A stretch of DNA of 64,000 bases from Iphione sp. A-MEVVRFRX5 (GCA_976226885.1 OZ320319.1:31744001-31808000); one strand, 5' to 3'; shown: positions 40,311 to 55,700, counted from the stretch's first letter. A program made the numbers and translations. Notes: generated by a model from the letters alone, not told the origin.

Positions 40311-43300
40311 ACACCGCACGTGTTCCCCAATGCGCTTCCAATATAGCGATACGAACTTGAGCGGGCGGAAGGATTTCAATTTGCGAGGTGCAAACGGTGC
40401 TCCAGGCTTAGCATTGGCATGGACACGGCGGGTCAGCTTGGGTGTCGGGCTTTATCTGGCAAGGGCCACGCGGGCTGCATTATTAATGGCATCTCAATGT
40501 CGGGGCATCTGGTGCTTGTCACCAATCAAGTCGACGGGAAAGGGCGCTGGCGACGTTGGCCACGAAAAGAAAACCGCCAGCGCAGGGGGGGGGGGCACTC
40601 ATAGCATAAGGTAGCAACGGCATAATGGCAATGTGGGCAGCAGAAGAAGCGAGGCAAATAAGAGGACGGGAGGGGTAAAAAATGGTTTTAAAAAAACAGC
40701 ACCTACGAATGGAGCATGACTGAGTACGGCGCAAAGTTTCCGTACTGAAACAGGATGACCGTCGGGCGGGGGGAGACTCCTGGCCAAAGGTCATAGCTTT
40801 CTAAGCACCACTGCTTTTATCAGTTTACCAGTCGACAGAAAGTGGTGATAATGACCTAATATTAACAGTTTGCCACCACAATGAGAAGGTCAGGCTGTCC
40901 TATGCGGGGATCGCGCGACTGGTGGGCGCTCAGAGGGGACATGGTCGGCTTATCACCGGGCAGCCTCGAAGCAATTCTTAGGGAGAAAAATCACAGCTGG
41001 GCGGTGGGGCCTGACCTGACGTAACGTCCGAGGCATGCCTCGATGGACGGCGGCCGTCCACCAACAAATTGCCTATGGTAACGTGATGGTCCTGTGGGCG
41101 ACTGATAAAATATTTGATGAGAGCTTATTGATAGAGACATGTCAATACGAGGTAATTTGTTGGCGGACGTCTGTGCGACTCCACGGCGGTGGGTGGCCAG
41201 TGTTGGCCTGCCGGGGGTATTAAAGCGGACCGCCGTGATGACATGTGGCCGTGGCGTCAGCAGGGTTCGCCGTCCGGGGTGGGGCTAGGGAATGAGGCGG
41301 TGGACAGGACCAATCCTGGCCAGGAGGACCGGCGCAACAGACGCCCTGGAGCCTGTATTAGCAAACACACGACAACGATGTGATCTGTCATTACCGAAAA
41401 TAAACACAGTGTCAGCAAACGCTTTGGCACACGCTTGACAACGTGTCTGCACGTTCTGATCCGTACGCGACGACCCCTGTATATAACCAAAGCCAGCGCA
41501 ATGCTACGGCAGTAGAGGCATACGCACTGATACGCAGTTCTCAGAGAATCAGCAGAAGGGCAAAGCAAATACGAATGAAAACGGAGGGGCATGCCTGTCG
41601 CATTCACAATAATCCTTTAAGGTAAATCGAATATGCCAAGGTTGAACGAGACAGAATACTAAAGCCGTTCCATATTTAATTTATATTTCCCTCAAACCTT
41701 CCGCGGAAACTCCTTCCCATTTTAAAACTACCGAAGGGCCTTTAGATTCCATCTTGTCATCCCATCTCAAAGCAGGTGTCTTTCTAGGCGGATAAACTGC
41801 TGTAGCAGAAGTACAGACCCATCACGACAGACCCCCCACCCCACCCCCACCCCACCAAAAAAAAAGCAGCAGTTTCGTCAATATAACATGCAATGATTTT
41901 TGCGCAGTGCAGTGCAGAACAATATCATCGCGTGGACGTGAAAGGCTTGGAGAGCTCTAAGACGAAACAGGTGGCGCTGAGTACAGCCGTGAGAGCCGAC
42001 CGATTGGAGGCGCCAGCAGGCCGCCCGCCAGAGTGGCGCGTAGGACACTGCGCGCGGGCTGCTTGATGGGTGTAGGCGAGTTTTGAGAGTTCATGCCTCG
42101 ATTATTGACAAAGGTCAATAGATCCTGGCGGGCGGCTATACTACAGGAGATCCAAAGTAAACGCGGTGCTCAGGAGAGCAATAAAGTCAAACCCTCGAGA
42201 GTGAACCGCTGAAAACTGAGCTTTGGTGCACGGGAAATGCACAGAACGAGGATATGCACCTCTTATATAGAGGAAGGTTACTACCGACTAAAGTCGGAAC
42301 TCGCATAGGAGACCAAGGTTGGGACTTGATGAGTTTGACCTCTGCCCGAGTTGATCTACCTGGCAAGTTAATAACTAGTATAGAAATACAGTTTAGGAAT
42401 TAAAGATTGCGGTTTCCCCGTGTCGGTCTCTTTAACTGAGTTTCAAACTGTATACCAAGGCGACGGGGGGGAAGGGGGTTGAGTGGTTTGAGCCATGACA
42501 CCAGCATCATGCATCATCCTGATTCAATTATCCTCTCTGCGATGCCTGACATGTGCTTATCCCATAACACTAGGCCAGCCTCCAACAATGAGATGATCAA
42601 TTCCCCCCTAAATATCACTTTTCATACATCTACGACGTGGCGACCCATGAGAATATCTTGATGCCACTAATTACTGGAGGCGCTCGAATGGAGGAGCGAG
42701 TCGGCGAGGAGCCGTCGGGCTTCCTCCTGGACGTGTGTGGAGCAGCTCGGGAAGCTGGCAATCCGAGAGAGGTTAAACAAGCACGGCGCGTGCAAACAAA
42801 CCATGCTGCATAGATCTACCAACCCCCACCACCCACCCGACCCCATCCCCCACCTCTACTAGGCTGCGATGATCAGAACTGATGGCGCTGAGTAATAAGT
42901 GGTGGGAAGACCATGATTTACAGCGAAGGATAAGAAAGCTCGAACACACTTTCCTCGGACTAAACACTCGGCCGTGCCGTGCTCCCCGTCTACTCGTACC
43001 CAATTACAGCTGGCATGGCCGGCCGAGGAAATTCATCACGAGTGCTTAAAGGACACCACCCACTTTCTTGAAACACACTCCAAGCCCTGGAACGCTTCCA
43101 CTGGAAACAACCATCTCAAACACTTCATTAAGAATGACCCACATTTGTTCCCTCATCTCGGTTTCCGCAAGCGCCATCCATTACCCGGTGCAAAGGGTTA
43201 ATTGCGAATCCTGGAAATGCTAGATACCAGAGGCAACGTTCGTTCGGCGGTATCACAATCGGCTTGGCACACAGCCGATGTACAAAATATATCCCGTGCT

Positions 43301-46300
43301 TCATCTCATTAATATGCGGCAATATCCGCTCTGTGCATTCGTATCGCCCCTGCCTGCGAATAGAAGCAACATGATCTCATTTTGTGGCGAAAATACATTA
43401 TTTATTGAGTTACGGGAGGAGAGAGAACTATTGTTCCCATCCAAATCAAATTTGAATGGGCTAAGGAAGTTCGTCAACGCTGTATTCAGGTTATGAAGAC
43501 AATATGTCATCAGAAGCCTACGGCAGGTTTTATCATGAACTTCTCTCACCACTAGTTATATTGCTTCTGCAAATACTGATGTAATTTTGTTTTCCAAACT
43601 AGATTATAACAGTATGCCACAGACTTTGTGGTATATAGGAGTTCTTCATCAGAAGCGTACATTTGTTGACAATGTATCATGCACAGTGACAATGCTTTTT
43701 CTTATCGCCTCCATCAATGGGATCTCGTGGTAGCGTCCAACTCGTCACTCTTCTATGCACACGTCACGAAGAAAAGAGACGGGTGTGCGGGTCTCATGTA
43801 ATCTCTTCCGAGCATCATCTACCTGATGAAACATCAATCTTCTGCTCTCGCTAACATCGCCGCTCGAAAGTGACACACTGTCGATGTGTTGTTCTGTTGG
43901 GGTCGACTGCCGGTCTTCCATATATATATATATAAACATGTACATGACGACTGTCGCCCTGGTTCTGGGCGGGTATTCCGCACAAGTGAGCGGTGTGTCA
44001 ACACGTACGTGGGCTGAAGGTTGTTGTAGCGCCATCTACGTATAAGCCGGCCAGGCCTCCCTCTTAGTAGCTGCATGTCTGTTATGATTTGGCGTGGAGA
44101 ACATATTCCCCCGTCCTAAATGGCTATATATCCTTCTATAATTCATGCATCCACATCATATTTATCAGGCGCAGGCCAGAGACCGGTCATGGCTTGAGTT
44201 GTTTATGAGTCGGTGAGCGCCAGAGAAGCAGTGCTTGGGGCTGGCAGCCCCTGCACTGCTACAGGAGAAGCAGGCGACACATGACAGAGTTCGTCTGGTG
44301 TAGAGTGTAAACATGGCGCTGACTCGAATCACCGGGGAAGTTAAGTATAGAAAGAAATCCTCTCCGGCTGAGGATTCGGGACAGGTAGACTATGCACGGG
44401 TCGCCACCTTGCTGCGCCTGATGGCAGGTGTGTGTAACTGGACTGACAGTCTACAAGCCTTGCCATAATGAAGTGGCTCCGAGCATTGCGGGCCGATAAG
44501 GTGAAGCCAACCACTTTCGGGTAAAATAGCGAGACGGCCGTCAGGGCAATGTCGATGGCCTCCGGAGACAGTTTAGGTTTGTCTGCGTCTAGACGGCACG
44601 TATCAGCTCACGTAGAACAAGACGGGGGAGTGCTCGCCTAGACAGGGCTACACGGCCCCACCGTCGGGCTCACTTTATCCCAATATCGCGGAGGTGGGGG
44701 GGGGATCTAATCTGACCAAAATATATTAGGAGTGAATAATAGTAAAAGCCCTTATCGAATTCATGCTAGAATTGTCGTGGAGTGAAAAAGGGGGGAAAAA
44801 TCACTTTGATCTTCGACTGCTGTGTGTGATTCTCACTCTCCAGCACTGCAGCACGCCTTGGGTCAATCAGGAAACGCATTAGTCAGACTGGGTTATGATC
44901 ATAGTGGTGGCTACAGCTCACGGTGAGCCGATCAGAGAGTAGCAATGACGGTGCTGCTGTCGCCATGAAAAAATGCAGTGATCCGTCATGACACCAACAG
45001 CGGTCAGCCAGGCTTTCAGTGCGCTCGCCCCGCGGACAGCAGTGCGCACTGGCCGCATCCATCACCGCCACCTCCGCTGACAGAACGGAGGCCTGGTCAC
45101 AGTATGCATCGATCACGGCGACCTATGTCAGTGGTAGTTAAACCCCCTCCCCCCCTCCCCCTTTTATGGCGGCAAAAATTCATTAGGACCCGTCGTCCGG
45201 ACTGATAACTCTTTAAACACGTTATGCTGACCGATAGGACGTACCGCCGTCGCGTAGGGGATGGAATTACCATTTCAAATAAATTAATCCTATCTAGACT
45301 GCAGTTAACTCGGCTTAACACCTCGGTAAAGATAATTTGATGCAGTTCAACGTCTTCGTTTCGGAACTAAAAAGAGAAACCCCCGAGGCAAGCAGAACAT
45401 AATATCGAAGCCTTCAATATCAATTGGTTTAAAAACGGGTTGGAATTCGCCAAATTAAATCGAATAGGGGACATTCCCGTAAAACCGGCATCAGTAATAG
45501 AAATTACGGGGCATAGAACGCAAGGCAATCACGTTTAAATTCTTGGTACGTGTTCGTGATGGATTGAGGGTATCAACTATCGAAGATCAACATTACTCGA
45601 GCACTAACGACGCAGCGTCACTGTTGTCGCCAGCTTTCCTCCAGTGGCGGGTATGCCATAATACATCAGCTAAATGCTAAAATAGTTATCACTTTGTCAC
45701 TCATAAGCGTTCTCCTCCTCTAGTTGTTGATCTGTATAGATCTTATTTCCATCAATTATGAAAGCAACCCATGTCTAGACAAAAATACTTGCAATACATT
45801 TGATTGAAGTTGACTCAGCGACAATCTCTCAGTCTACTCTCAAGTGTCGGCCCTGTGGATTTTGTGGCAGTAACAACGTTTATTGAATGAGAATCTTGCG
45901 GGACCAGGAGCGGCTTGCATTCAATGCAAGCCTTGTTGATAGATGGTTGACAGTTCACGAAAAGCGACCGCCTCGGAGAGTCTACAGAAGCGTACCGCTC
46001 TTGCTGATGTTATTATGTTCAATCAACAATAAGCTATCTGCATGCCTCAGTCCGCTTATAATGGCGTCCACAGCAGCCGTGGCTTATCTCAGATGGAGAC
46101 GTGTTTTGCGGACTCTATTTAGTGTCAGCAACCGCGAACCGGCACGCCTCCATCTACACTCTCTTGTTTCTTTGCTTTCTCTTCCCTTTCTTCCCTCTCA
46201 CTGATAGGGGACTTGGTTCTGGCAATCTTACCCACAGACTCTTCCCTCTATATAAACAGTTGCTGTCTCTTATTTTGATTATACACACGCACTCGCACAT

Positions 46301-49300
46301 AGGGGTATATTGTATATCTACATGTATATAAAACTACTGGTAAGGACGTTTTTCGTCCCTTACGAACGTTATTAGCACTCTACTAAAAATCAATTACACA
46401 GGGTATTCATCGTGTCTGGTAAATCATTCCCTTGAAATCGTAAAAGACACAGTTCGCTTCATTAAAAAAAGGGAAGGAATGGCATCGATACTTTCGAGCC
46501 TATTTCCGTGTAACAAGGTTTGCGATTCCACTACTGGCGCCACTGTCCATACATACTGGCGCCACCGGGTATGGGCGCCACCATCTAGCGCCGCACTGAC
46601 CTACGAAGAAATACTAAGGACTGCAACTGCGCCCGGATCCGGATACATAAGCGGCCATCTTTCGCGGCTGACAGGAAGCTCGCCCTGGTGTCGACGACGT
46701 GAACTAATGCGCCTCCTCTAAATTACATCGTGCCATGTCGGCAGGAGTGCCGGCGGCGACTTTTCAACCCTATGAATGACACCGGCAGGGGTGTGTCACC
46801 AAAAGCCACCAACCCCTGCAGCGATTGTACTGCAGGTCGGAGCTATGATTTACGTCCAACGCAGACGGATATTTAGTCGTGGGGCCGGGGAAGCAATGTA
46901 GAAGTAGGCCTGCAGCGAGCTGGGTGCAGTATGGCCGACTCGGCCCCAGTCTTATTACTCACTGTCTGCGGCTGCTCGGCTGTTGGTGACAGGTATCCCG
47001 GGCAACGCGGCCATTACCTGGCTGATTAGATCATTTCCTACATAAATTACTCCCCCCAGCCGACAGCTAAGGATAGAGGTAGTGGCGCACGCAATAACAG
47101 TGCTCAGCTTATAGCATCTCACTCAGTGGCCAACCTTGACGCCCAAGCAGCGTGGCTGCACCAAAGAACCTTCTCTCCCGACAATTTCCCTCATCCCCTG
47201 ACGCCATGACGGACTGCAACGGCTTCCTCGATGACGCCAATCTCCAGCGTCATCAGCCACCCGCTGTTGCCAATGACGCGCATGTCATATCAGAGACTAT
47301 ATGGAAACTCGCGGCAGTTGGTAACTTCTTTCTCCCTACTTTGTCGGCGCGCTCTCTTGTAGACCTGCCCGCGGCATGCCGCCCGCTGGGTCCTCCCAGA
47401 AGGCACAATGCTGGGGTCGGATTATATAGCGCGCAGCTCCATCTCACCCCCAACTAACCTTCCCCCCCCCCCTTCCCAAACCCAAGCAGCCTATGATCAC
47501 CGCGGTGTGTGTGTGTGTGTAGGGGAGATGGGGGAATTGAGGAGATGGAACTGGACCTGTGGCTCAGAGGGAGGTGGCGATGGCGCCGCGCCCTCCCACA
47601 TCTCTATGGCGTCGTGCGGCTACCAATCAGTAACACGCCAGCCAGGCGCTGCTCTCAGCTTGCCTTGCGTGTCACCTGCAACGGATCCCGTTTCATGGAG
47701 ATAACTTTTAATCCAGGTCGATGACACGACGCCGGCCGCTGCACGAGGCTCGCTTCTGGGAGGTGCCCTTGTCCCTTCTGCTAATATGGCAACTTCCCAT
47801 GTCCCTCAGCCCAGCAGCATCACACCTACCTGAGTATGTTCGCGTGGGAGAGGGGCAGGGATTCTCTGAAGTCCATAGTGTATCGTATCTTGACAGGTGC
47901 CAGATTCTCTTCCTGCACCTCGTCCTCCTCCACGGGCACAAGAAATGTCATTTCAGATCTCTGAGGGAGGCCAGGAAAAGACTGATTGGCGATGTGGAAA
48001 GCGCCCCTCAGAGGAACCTCTGTGACCTGTAACCCATTCATTTGCACCCACCTGTCATCTCCAGTTCTCACGGATTACTATGGAACCCCATGGACTCCAA
48101 TCATAATGCCTTAACGAAAGACCCCACTGTAATAAAGGATACTGATCGGATTGTTATTTTACATGTACTGCTGAAACTATATTCGTGATATAGTATTCGA
48201 AAGTCCTACAAAACAGCTATACATACTAAATAAAAGCTTCCACAGCATAATTCAAATCGTGTGCATATACACACTGGTATACATGTACCAGTATATTGAA
48301 GGATTTAAAACTCAGAACACAGCGTTGTCGAGATGGCAGATGCATACTGTTTATTGCAAAGATTTAACCGCTATATAAAAGTATCGTAGTATCGATGATT
48401 TTATATAGCCTGCAGCATCGGTGGATTTGTAGGAATCACGATAGGATCAGAGGCAGTCTATCAGAGCCGTGATGGGAATTCGTAGACAGACGGATGAATT
48501 AGTGTATTAAATATAGAGGAAGGACATGGTATTAAGTACCTGAAATAATCCTTCTGATGGTAAGTACAGAACTCCTGCGATCACGCCATCATGGCGTGAT
48601 GGATGTTCGATACGTTAGCCAGCTGTCAGTCATGGCCATCAGTCCCTCCTCTCTTCGCACGAGTGCAGGCGTTGATATAATATTGACTGGCGTATGTCAT
48701 AAACTGCTAACATCTGTGGTCCTGTGGTGCTGATCAATGGCTCCGACCATCTGCATTCCCTTGTGTGTTTAAGGTTAGTGTTTGTGTTCCCCTACCCCCC
48801 CCCCACACTCTCCCTCCCGCTCCCTATGTACGAGAAGGTCCAAGTGGGTGCGCCTTTTTGTACCACTGACAAAACAAGCGTTTGCCGGTGACTCGAGCGG
48901 TATGGACGTCCCCAGCTCGGGCCTCGTCAATACTCTCGGTGTATACCTGGGCACCTCTCTCTCACAGAGTCTAAGCTTCGGCTACTGAAGGGGTCGATAT
49001 CGCCCCCCCCCCGCCTTGTATGCGCCTCCCTGCTACACTGCTCTGTACACGTATACAAGGGACAGCCACGCATATCTTTAGAATATGTATAGAGTCTATT
49101 ATACTCCCACATTTTATTACATAAAACCCTGTCCGCATGAGATTTTAGGAGCGTACTACGATAAGTATATTCATGTGAAACAGATTTTTTCTTGTCCAAG
49201 CATAGATTACATTTCCCACAGTTCACTGTGGAATGTAATATAAATCATTCTTTGAAAGTAGGACTGTCGTGCCTGTAGGCTGACAATGAATCTGAAGACG

Positions 49301-50304
49301 GGAAACAGGTTTGAGTAGACAAATACACACCGGTAATAACGATGTGCTTTCCTAAAGAGATAGACGGGGAATATATTCCTTCTCGGGATGCGCAGTGCTT
49401 ACTAGCTAACACGGAAGAACATTCAATAGTAGGAGAGTAGGCACGAGGGCGTAGATCACAATCTTCAGGAAATACCTTACTGGAAGACAGTGAAATGCGG
49501 GCCAACCTTTTATGCGAGTCACCTCATGTCCCATCGCACAGATCTTCATATTATGTCAGAAAAAGGGAGACCGTCTTTGCGAGGTCACTGGGGAGTGTCT
49601 CGATTCACAGAGCAAACAAATTGGAATTGCCTTCGGGGGTGTTCCTCATGGAGTCACTTCTGAAAATAAGTCTTGCCTTCTACCGTCGTCGTAGAAGGTC
49701 AAGAGCAAACATGAAAGAGAGGGAGGGGGAATATTCTAGGCGGAGGTCGACACAAGGGTGGAAGCGTCAACTGGAGGACATCAGCGAATGCATATAAGAG
49801 AGGGGGGAACACAGACACCTACACACTCTCACCTACACCCACATATACTCATAGAGGCCAGCGTGTAAACCTGACAGGAAATAAAGACAGTGACAGACGG
49901 GCAAGATGAAAATGGATTTTCTTCTCATTTAGAAAATGCTGTTCGACCTGCCGTGGAAAGCTTCAGTGCGCCTCGGATCCGAAATCTATGCCTGCTTTCG
50001 CGCGGCCTCTAGCACGGATCATCGATGTGTAAGTGTAGGGCTGGAAGGTGTGCGCCGGCGCTCCTTTAATGTCATGTTTCCGCAGCTAAAAGCGACAGCA
50101 CTTGAATCACGACAGGGAGTGATAAGGCAATTGTAACTCGGCTTGTTTTGCTCGGTAAGTGGTAACCGACTTGTGCTGGAGAGGCGAGGCCAAAAGACAA
50201 TGGATAATCATCTGTATGCGGTATTTTTTTTTCTTTACTGCACGGTAAAGACTGTGGGCGGCTTGATGGAAAATGTATGCAATAGGAAATGACAAAAGTG
50301 TCCA

Positions 50305-50385
50305 CCAACGTGCATACAGAAACACAGACACACACTCACATACATACATGAAACACAAACACACACGCACTCACGCGTGCGCGCA
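50305..50385. repeat. Degenerate CA-rich low-complexity tract
   Basis: Interrupted acac/gcac runs; boundaries approximate. Confidence 0.7.
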
Positions 50386-52728
50386 AACAGGCCCAAGGCA
50401 CGTATCGATGTTCGCGTCATGTGCGTGGGAATTCCATAGGGAATAAATGCATGCACATTTTATTCCCAACCTATCACACAGGAGGCGGAATGGAAGATCT
50501 ACTGAGAGACTGACGAACGATGGCCTCTTTCCCATCGCCCCAATTCATACCAAATTTGCATTAGTGTCTGTGATTAGAGGCCAATCTCCCCTCGTTCTGT
50601 TCCTTTTATTCCCAGAGCAAAGCCTAGTAATGATTACATAATCTGTTCCTCCGTCTTCGAGGCATGAAGGGCAAATGGTACAACAGTAGCATTCTTTGAG
50701 AGGCACTAATGTGCAAATATGTTTCAGTAAAATGGTGTAATGCGAATATCCTGATGCAATAAATGAAAGAAGCGAAATGCAAGGGAAATACAACTCGGAA
50801 ATGTTTTACTTTTGTTTTAAAAAAAAGGCCTTTCGAACATAGTAGAATATATCGGCCAGACCAACAAAGCGACTGACGCTTCCACTAAAACATGGGTGAA
50901 AAGTATTCGAATCACCGGGAGGACCTGCAATAGCGCTTGACGTAAGGCGTGATGGGTCCGACTGTGGAAGCTTCACAGAAGGCAGACAGTGCGGCACCTG
51001 GTGAGTGAGAGGGTAAGCAAAGCCTGTGTCATCTGCCGGTGGTTAATTGAGCTCGTGGATCGCTCGTGGCGACTGCACGCCTACATGGCTTCACTTAACC
51101 ACACTTCATTTCACTTCACTACACCAACTCTAGCCCTTTCATCCCAATATGCCCACTGCTCGCGGTGACCGTTATTGGATGCGCGGCCGTATGGCCCTGT
51201 CTTTATCAAGAGACTAACTCGAGCAGGAGTGAGAGAGATCCTTCTTGTCGTTTGCTCTCGTGTTTTGGGACGAAAAGCGCGAGTATTTCAGGCTGCATTA
51301 GCGGGCCGGCCTTCCGGACGTGTCACGGAGGTGGCCTGCACTCGGCATACTTCCCATGTGACACCAGCGATCGATAGACACCTAATGTTGAGTTCCCCTT
51401 CGGTGTGTCGGTCAAAACAATGGCTGGCTAGCATCTCGGGGTGCGGTAAACCGGTCCAGAGTGCATATGCATACACAGGCCAGGCGGACCCAACTGCTAC
51501 ATGGCTATGAATGTTTGCGACATTTGATTGCTCCTGATCTTGATGGGTGATCTACACCCGAACCCTAGCAGTTGGGGAGGAGTCCAAATACCAAGGAAAG
51601 GCCCTGGTATTTGGCGGTTAGCTGCTGCGCATACTACACGACGCTTCAGTCTCACTTGACGTTACGCAAGCTTTCCCCCATATGGTGGGTCAATATCCTG
51701 CCACAGTCGAGAGAGGACAAATGGTGTGTACGCAGGCTGAACACATGCTCAACTTTATCTAACGACATGTTCCCACTGACACAGGTGTGCTTCGAGTAGC
51801 TTTTGCAAAACTGGGGAACAAAAGAAAATGGTGAGGAGCGGAGCACTGATAAAACACAACTAGGCCACGAGTAATAAATGTGTGGAACGTTACTTGCATA
51901 GCTTTTCCATTAACGTTTTTAGCTGCTCTCATTTATCGTGCCTGTGAAACTGGCGATAGGCAATGCGCCCACAGGTGAAATCATCCATGTATCATCTACA
52001 CCGAAAGTGGAAATGCAGCGTCATGTATAACACATCGATTATACCGAATTGAAATCATGCCTGCAGCAGTCTCCAGAATGGCTCATGTCGCAGATCATCC
52101 TGTGACCGGGGGGGGGGGCGAGCGGATGGGGAGCGGAGACGAGGGGGGGGGGCTGCCAATTTGTCCTTGACTTCTCCTCTAATGCGATATGTTCCAATCC
52201 GCCGCAGGATTATAATTAACCAATGGCAACTAATCATTGCTCTAATGCCATGCCGATGCCGACCCCCCCTTGGCACGTTCAGATGTGCAGCGACGCCCGG
52301 CCTAAGCTTAATCCACTCGAGGTTTCATTAGGGCTCCGTGCAGATTACTCAGTCCCAAGTGTACAGCGAGGTACCCGGATAAAAGCACCGGGTCAGGTAA
52401 TGCAGGTGGCAATGCAGTGGACGAGGCTCCAATGGGTGGAAGGATGAGGGGAAAACTCAGGCGTATTTACCATGGAGAATACATGGTGTAACAATTAATA
52501 TACAAGTACAAGTGGAAGCATATGATATGGTGTTCGCAGTATGAAATTTTAAATTCCTAAGCTATCTTCGTATTTTTTCCACTTTGTTGGCAATAACCTG
52601 CGGTGAAAATATAACACCCTGGGAAAGTGAAAGCTCCTATTGACAATTTTTCTTCATATGCCGGATCATTTCCTCACAAATGTATTTCTGTCTTTTCTGA
52701 GACAGTATGGTCATGATTCAAAAAGGTG

Positions 52729-52731
<3 letters not shown>

Positions 52732-52756
<25 letters not shown>
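52732..52756. repeat. (AT)12 microsatellite
   Basis: Perfect dinucleotide run. Confidence 0.95.
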
Positions 52757-52762
<6 letters not shown>

Positions 52763-55700
52763 TACTGTATATGTCTTCATTTGATACACCCATCCTACAA
52801 CATCTCATTTCAGCTTATGAAAAAAAAGGAATCCAAGTGGAAATACATGTACGTGCACAAATTTTGTATCTTTTCAGTATGATAGAATATTTCCACTTGT
52901 TTAATATTCCTCACGATATCCACCGCATTTTTTCTTTTTACAATCGGCAAAATAGAAATAAACTAATAAGAAAGAGCCAAAGTCACTCGACGGATCTCTA
53001 ACGATGTAGAATTGCTTTGATTTCTTACAGCAGCAAAGCAGGGGTCAACAGGGGGGAGGGTGGGGGGAGCTGAAGAGTGAGCCGACACACATATGGAGGG
53101 GGTAATGGGCGAGGCGGTAACAAGCACGAGTCGGGACCGTGTTTCCAGCCTTCTTTCTTGCTACCAGTGCCCCCTACGGTAACAGAGCTGTGTCATTTGT
53201 AGTATGCCCCATGGCGGCCATTGCAACGTTTCCCTACTTATTTGCTTGAAATGCCACCAGACAGGCCGACGGAATACCGTTTAATTCAATATACGCCTAC
53301 AGAGTAGCTGCCTGGGCTACCCCTCCACGCAACCCCCCCCCCCAAATCCCAGAAAGCGATGAGAGGAGGACGGCGGCAAAAAGGGGGGGAAGAAGGGGGG
53401 CAGTGGAGACTTGGAAGAGTTGGAATGACAAGGACGGTCTTTAATGAAGTTTATTAGCGGTCGCGAATTAGCCAAATCACAGTCGGCCCGAGTCTGCTGA
53501 TAGGCATGCCAGCAATACTGCATCTTACGATACTAGACGGCGGGCACTATACAGTAAGCGCAATCATCGCGGGGGTGATGGGTGGGGGGTAGGAGTTGGA
53601 GGGGGGGGGATACCCACTTGAATTTTCACCACCCACAGGATGACGACCAGAGGTGTGTGCTGTAAAAAAAAAATTCCAAATGGATTAAAGCAAAAATAAC
53701 AATAAAGAAGGGGGGTAGAAGGGGCAGAGGGATTTGCACTATGGCAACCGTGAATTCTGAAGGTGTTTTTTTTTCTGTTATGACAGAGAAGCTATTTGAA
53801 GGCGGTACGGCTGAACGATAAAGAAATCAAAACAATACACAGGAGTCACTAAGGGAGTCCATGCACCCACTCACTGCTTTCTTTGTAGTTCAGAATCGTC
53901 TTAACAAGAAGTACAAAAATGGGCGGCGCCTCTTTCTGTCCGTGCCGGTTCTATTTGCGTTAAGGATAACGATGAGAGCCACATCGCAGCCTACTCACCG
54001 CCTTAAAGGACAATTACTCTGATTGACAATGCATTTTCTTGTAGCCCCTTAACGATATGTACATAAATGTTTCCCTGGGGTCCTTCTGATTGATGACGTA
54101 ATAATGATGCTTTTGGCCAATTTCCCAAATGACAAGCGTGAAGGCAGTGAATTCGCATGGAAACTGACGGACGACGCGAATATCTCTATGGAATAACTGC
54201 TCCTAAGAACAATTTAAAGCAAACCCTCCCGCGCATATTTCTCATTTCATTACCCTACTCCATTCAAGCTATAGACTTCAAGCATGTTAAACACCTTAGC
54301 CACTGCTATTATCGCCTGGTCTACCGAACTCCGCTATAAACGTAATTCTGAAGTTCGCTCTTCTTTTTTTCAAACAGCATCCCGACCGAGGAGTCTGCGT
54401 GAGCAACATGAAAAAGAAGAGAAAATAATTGCCATACTCCATTTATCGGCAGCGCCTCGCTTTCGCAAATGTCAAAGGAAATTATCACGATGAAGCTGTC
54501 TGTCTGAGAAAAATGGATTAGGCAAGGCCTAGGATTTGGAAGTCGAGAGGAGCGCCTTTTATTGAGTCAGCTAGCTTTGATGGATCAATACACATTTTGA
54601 TTATCACTGTATTTATTAATCCCCACCTCTTCGCAGGAAGATTACTGTAATCCCCTGCCTAGTTGTGAAAATCTGCCCGCACATATCGACAGATGCGTCC
54701 GTACAGATGTCTAACCAGTATAGTCCCAAGGATTTTTTTGTTGAGTAAGACACATGCTCATTTTCATAGCCGGATAATTAGGTATTAATACACAACGGAG
54801 CTTAGGTTTTCTTCCTATGTACACCACAGCTGCATGGCGACACAGGGGTGGGGAGTTATTTTGGCTCGGTGCGCCCATACACGGGTTTATTTCTGTCAAG
54901 GTCCGCGGGCCCCTCGGCGGACACGGGGGTGGGGGTGGGGGGGGGAGTGGTAGGTGGTCGATCTGCGCCCTCTGGTCATCACCATGCCGACTGTTTCTGC
55001 GGGCGCCCGACTGTAGCCGACATATTTCATGTTTCCATGGCTTCGGCAAACACCGTCGCATCGACAAGCACTGGAGGAGATGGGCGGGCGATTTTTATGG
55101 CAATCCGGCATCAAACATATTAGACCGATACTGGAGGGCGCGTGTCCGCCCGGTCAACAATACAAAGCGGCCAATGGACAGTGGCCTGCAGTACATCTGA
55201 AGCTACTTAGTATTCTGCTCCCCACCAAGACTCGTGTGTGGGCTGCTTGGGCCGCTCCGTCGCACAGGAAATGTATAAATCCAGCGGGTAGAGTCGGAAC
55301 GGATCTGAGCCATCTATCATATCGCTGTAAGAAGATCTATCATGGAGCGGTCAGGCGGACAAACACACACTCAAACTAGCTGCCCCCCTTCCCCCCTCCC
55401 GCCGTGCCAACCAACCTTCTCTCCGTGATGGTATTTGCGTGTTCTGATGCGTCTATGGATCGGGGTATGTCGAGAACATGACGTTCTGGGCGAGTCAAGC
55501 GAATCTCATCAATCTGGCCTTGAACACTGGCTGCTGTGACAGCGTGAACGCCATTTTCCCCCTTGTATGCGGCATTCGTCAAGTTAACGGATAGCTCCCC
55601 TTTGAGTAGGATCCACCCCCCCCCCCCCAACATCCCTTTTGTAACCAGGGAGCTGTGAGACAGAGGGTTAAACACAGGAGCGCTCACCAACCAACACCCC

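Noticed and set aside
47152-47457. 101-aa ORF containing FLDD, like an RT active site
   Set aside because: The flanking RT motifs are missing or at the wrong spacing.
48580-48600. Near-perfect palindrome atcacgccat-c-atggcgtgat (also 14-bp ggctgaattcagcc at 1956 and 8-bp arms near 41044)
   Set aside because: These arm lengths are within chance expectation for 64 kb and too short for pre-miRNAs or MITE ends.
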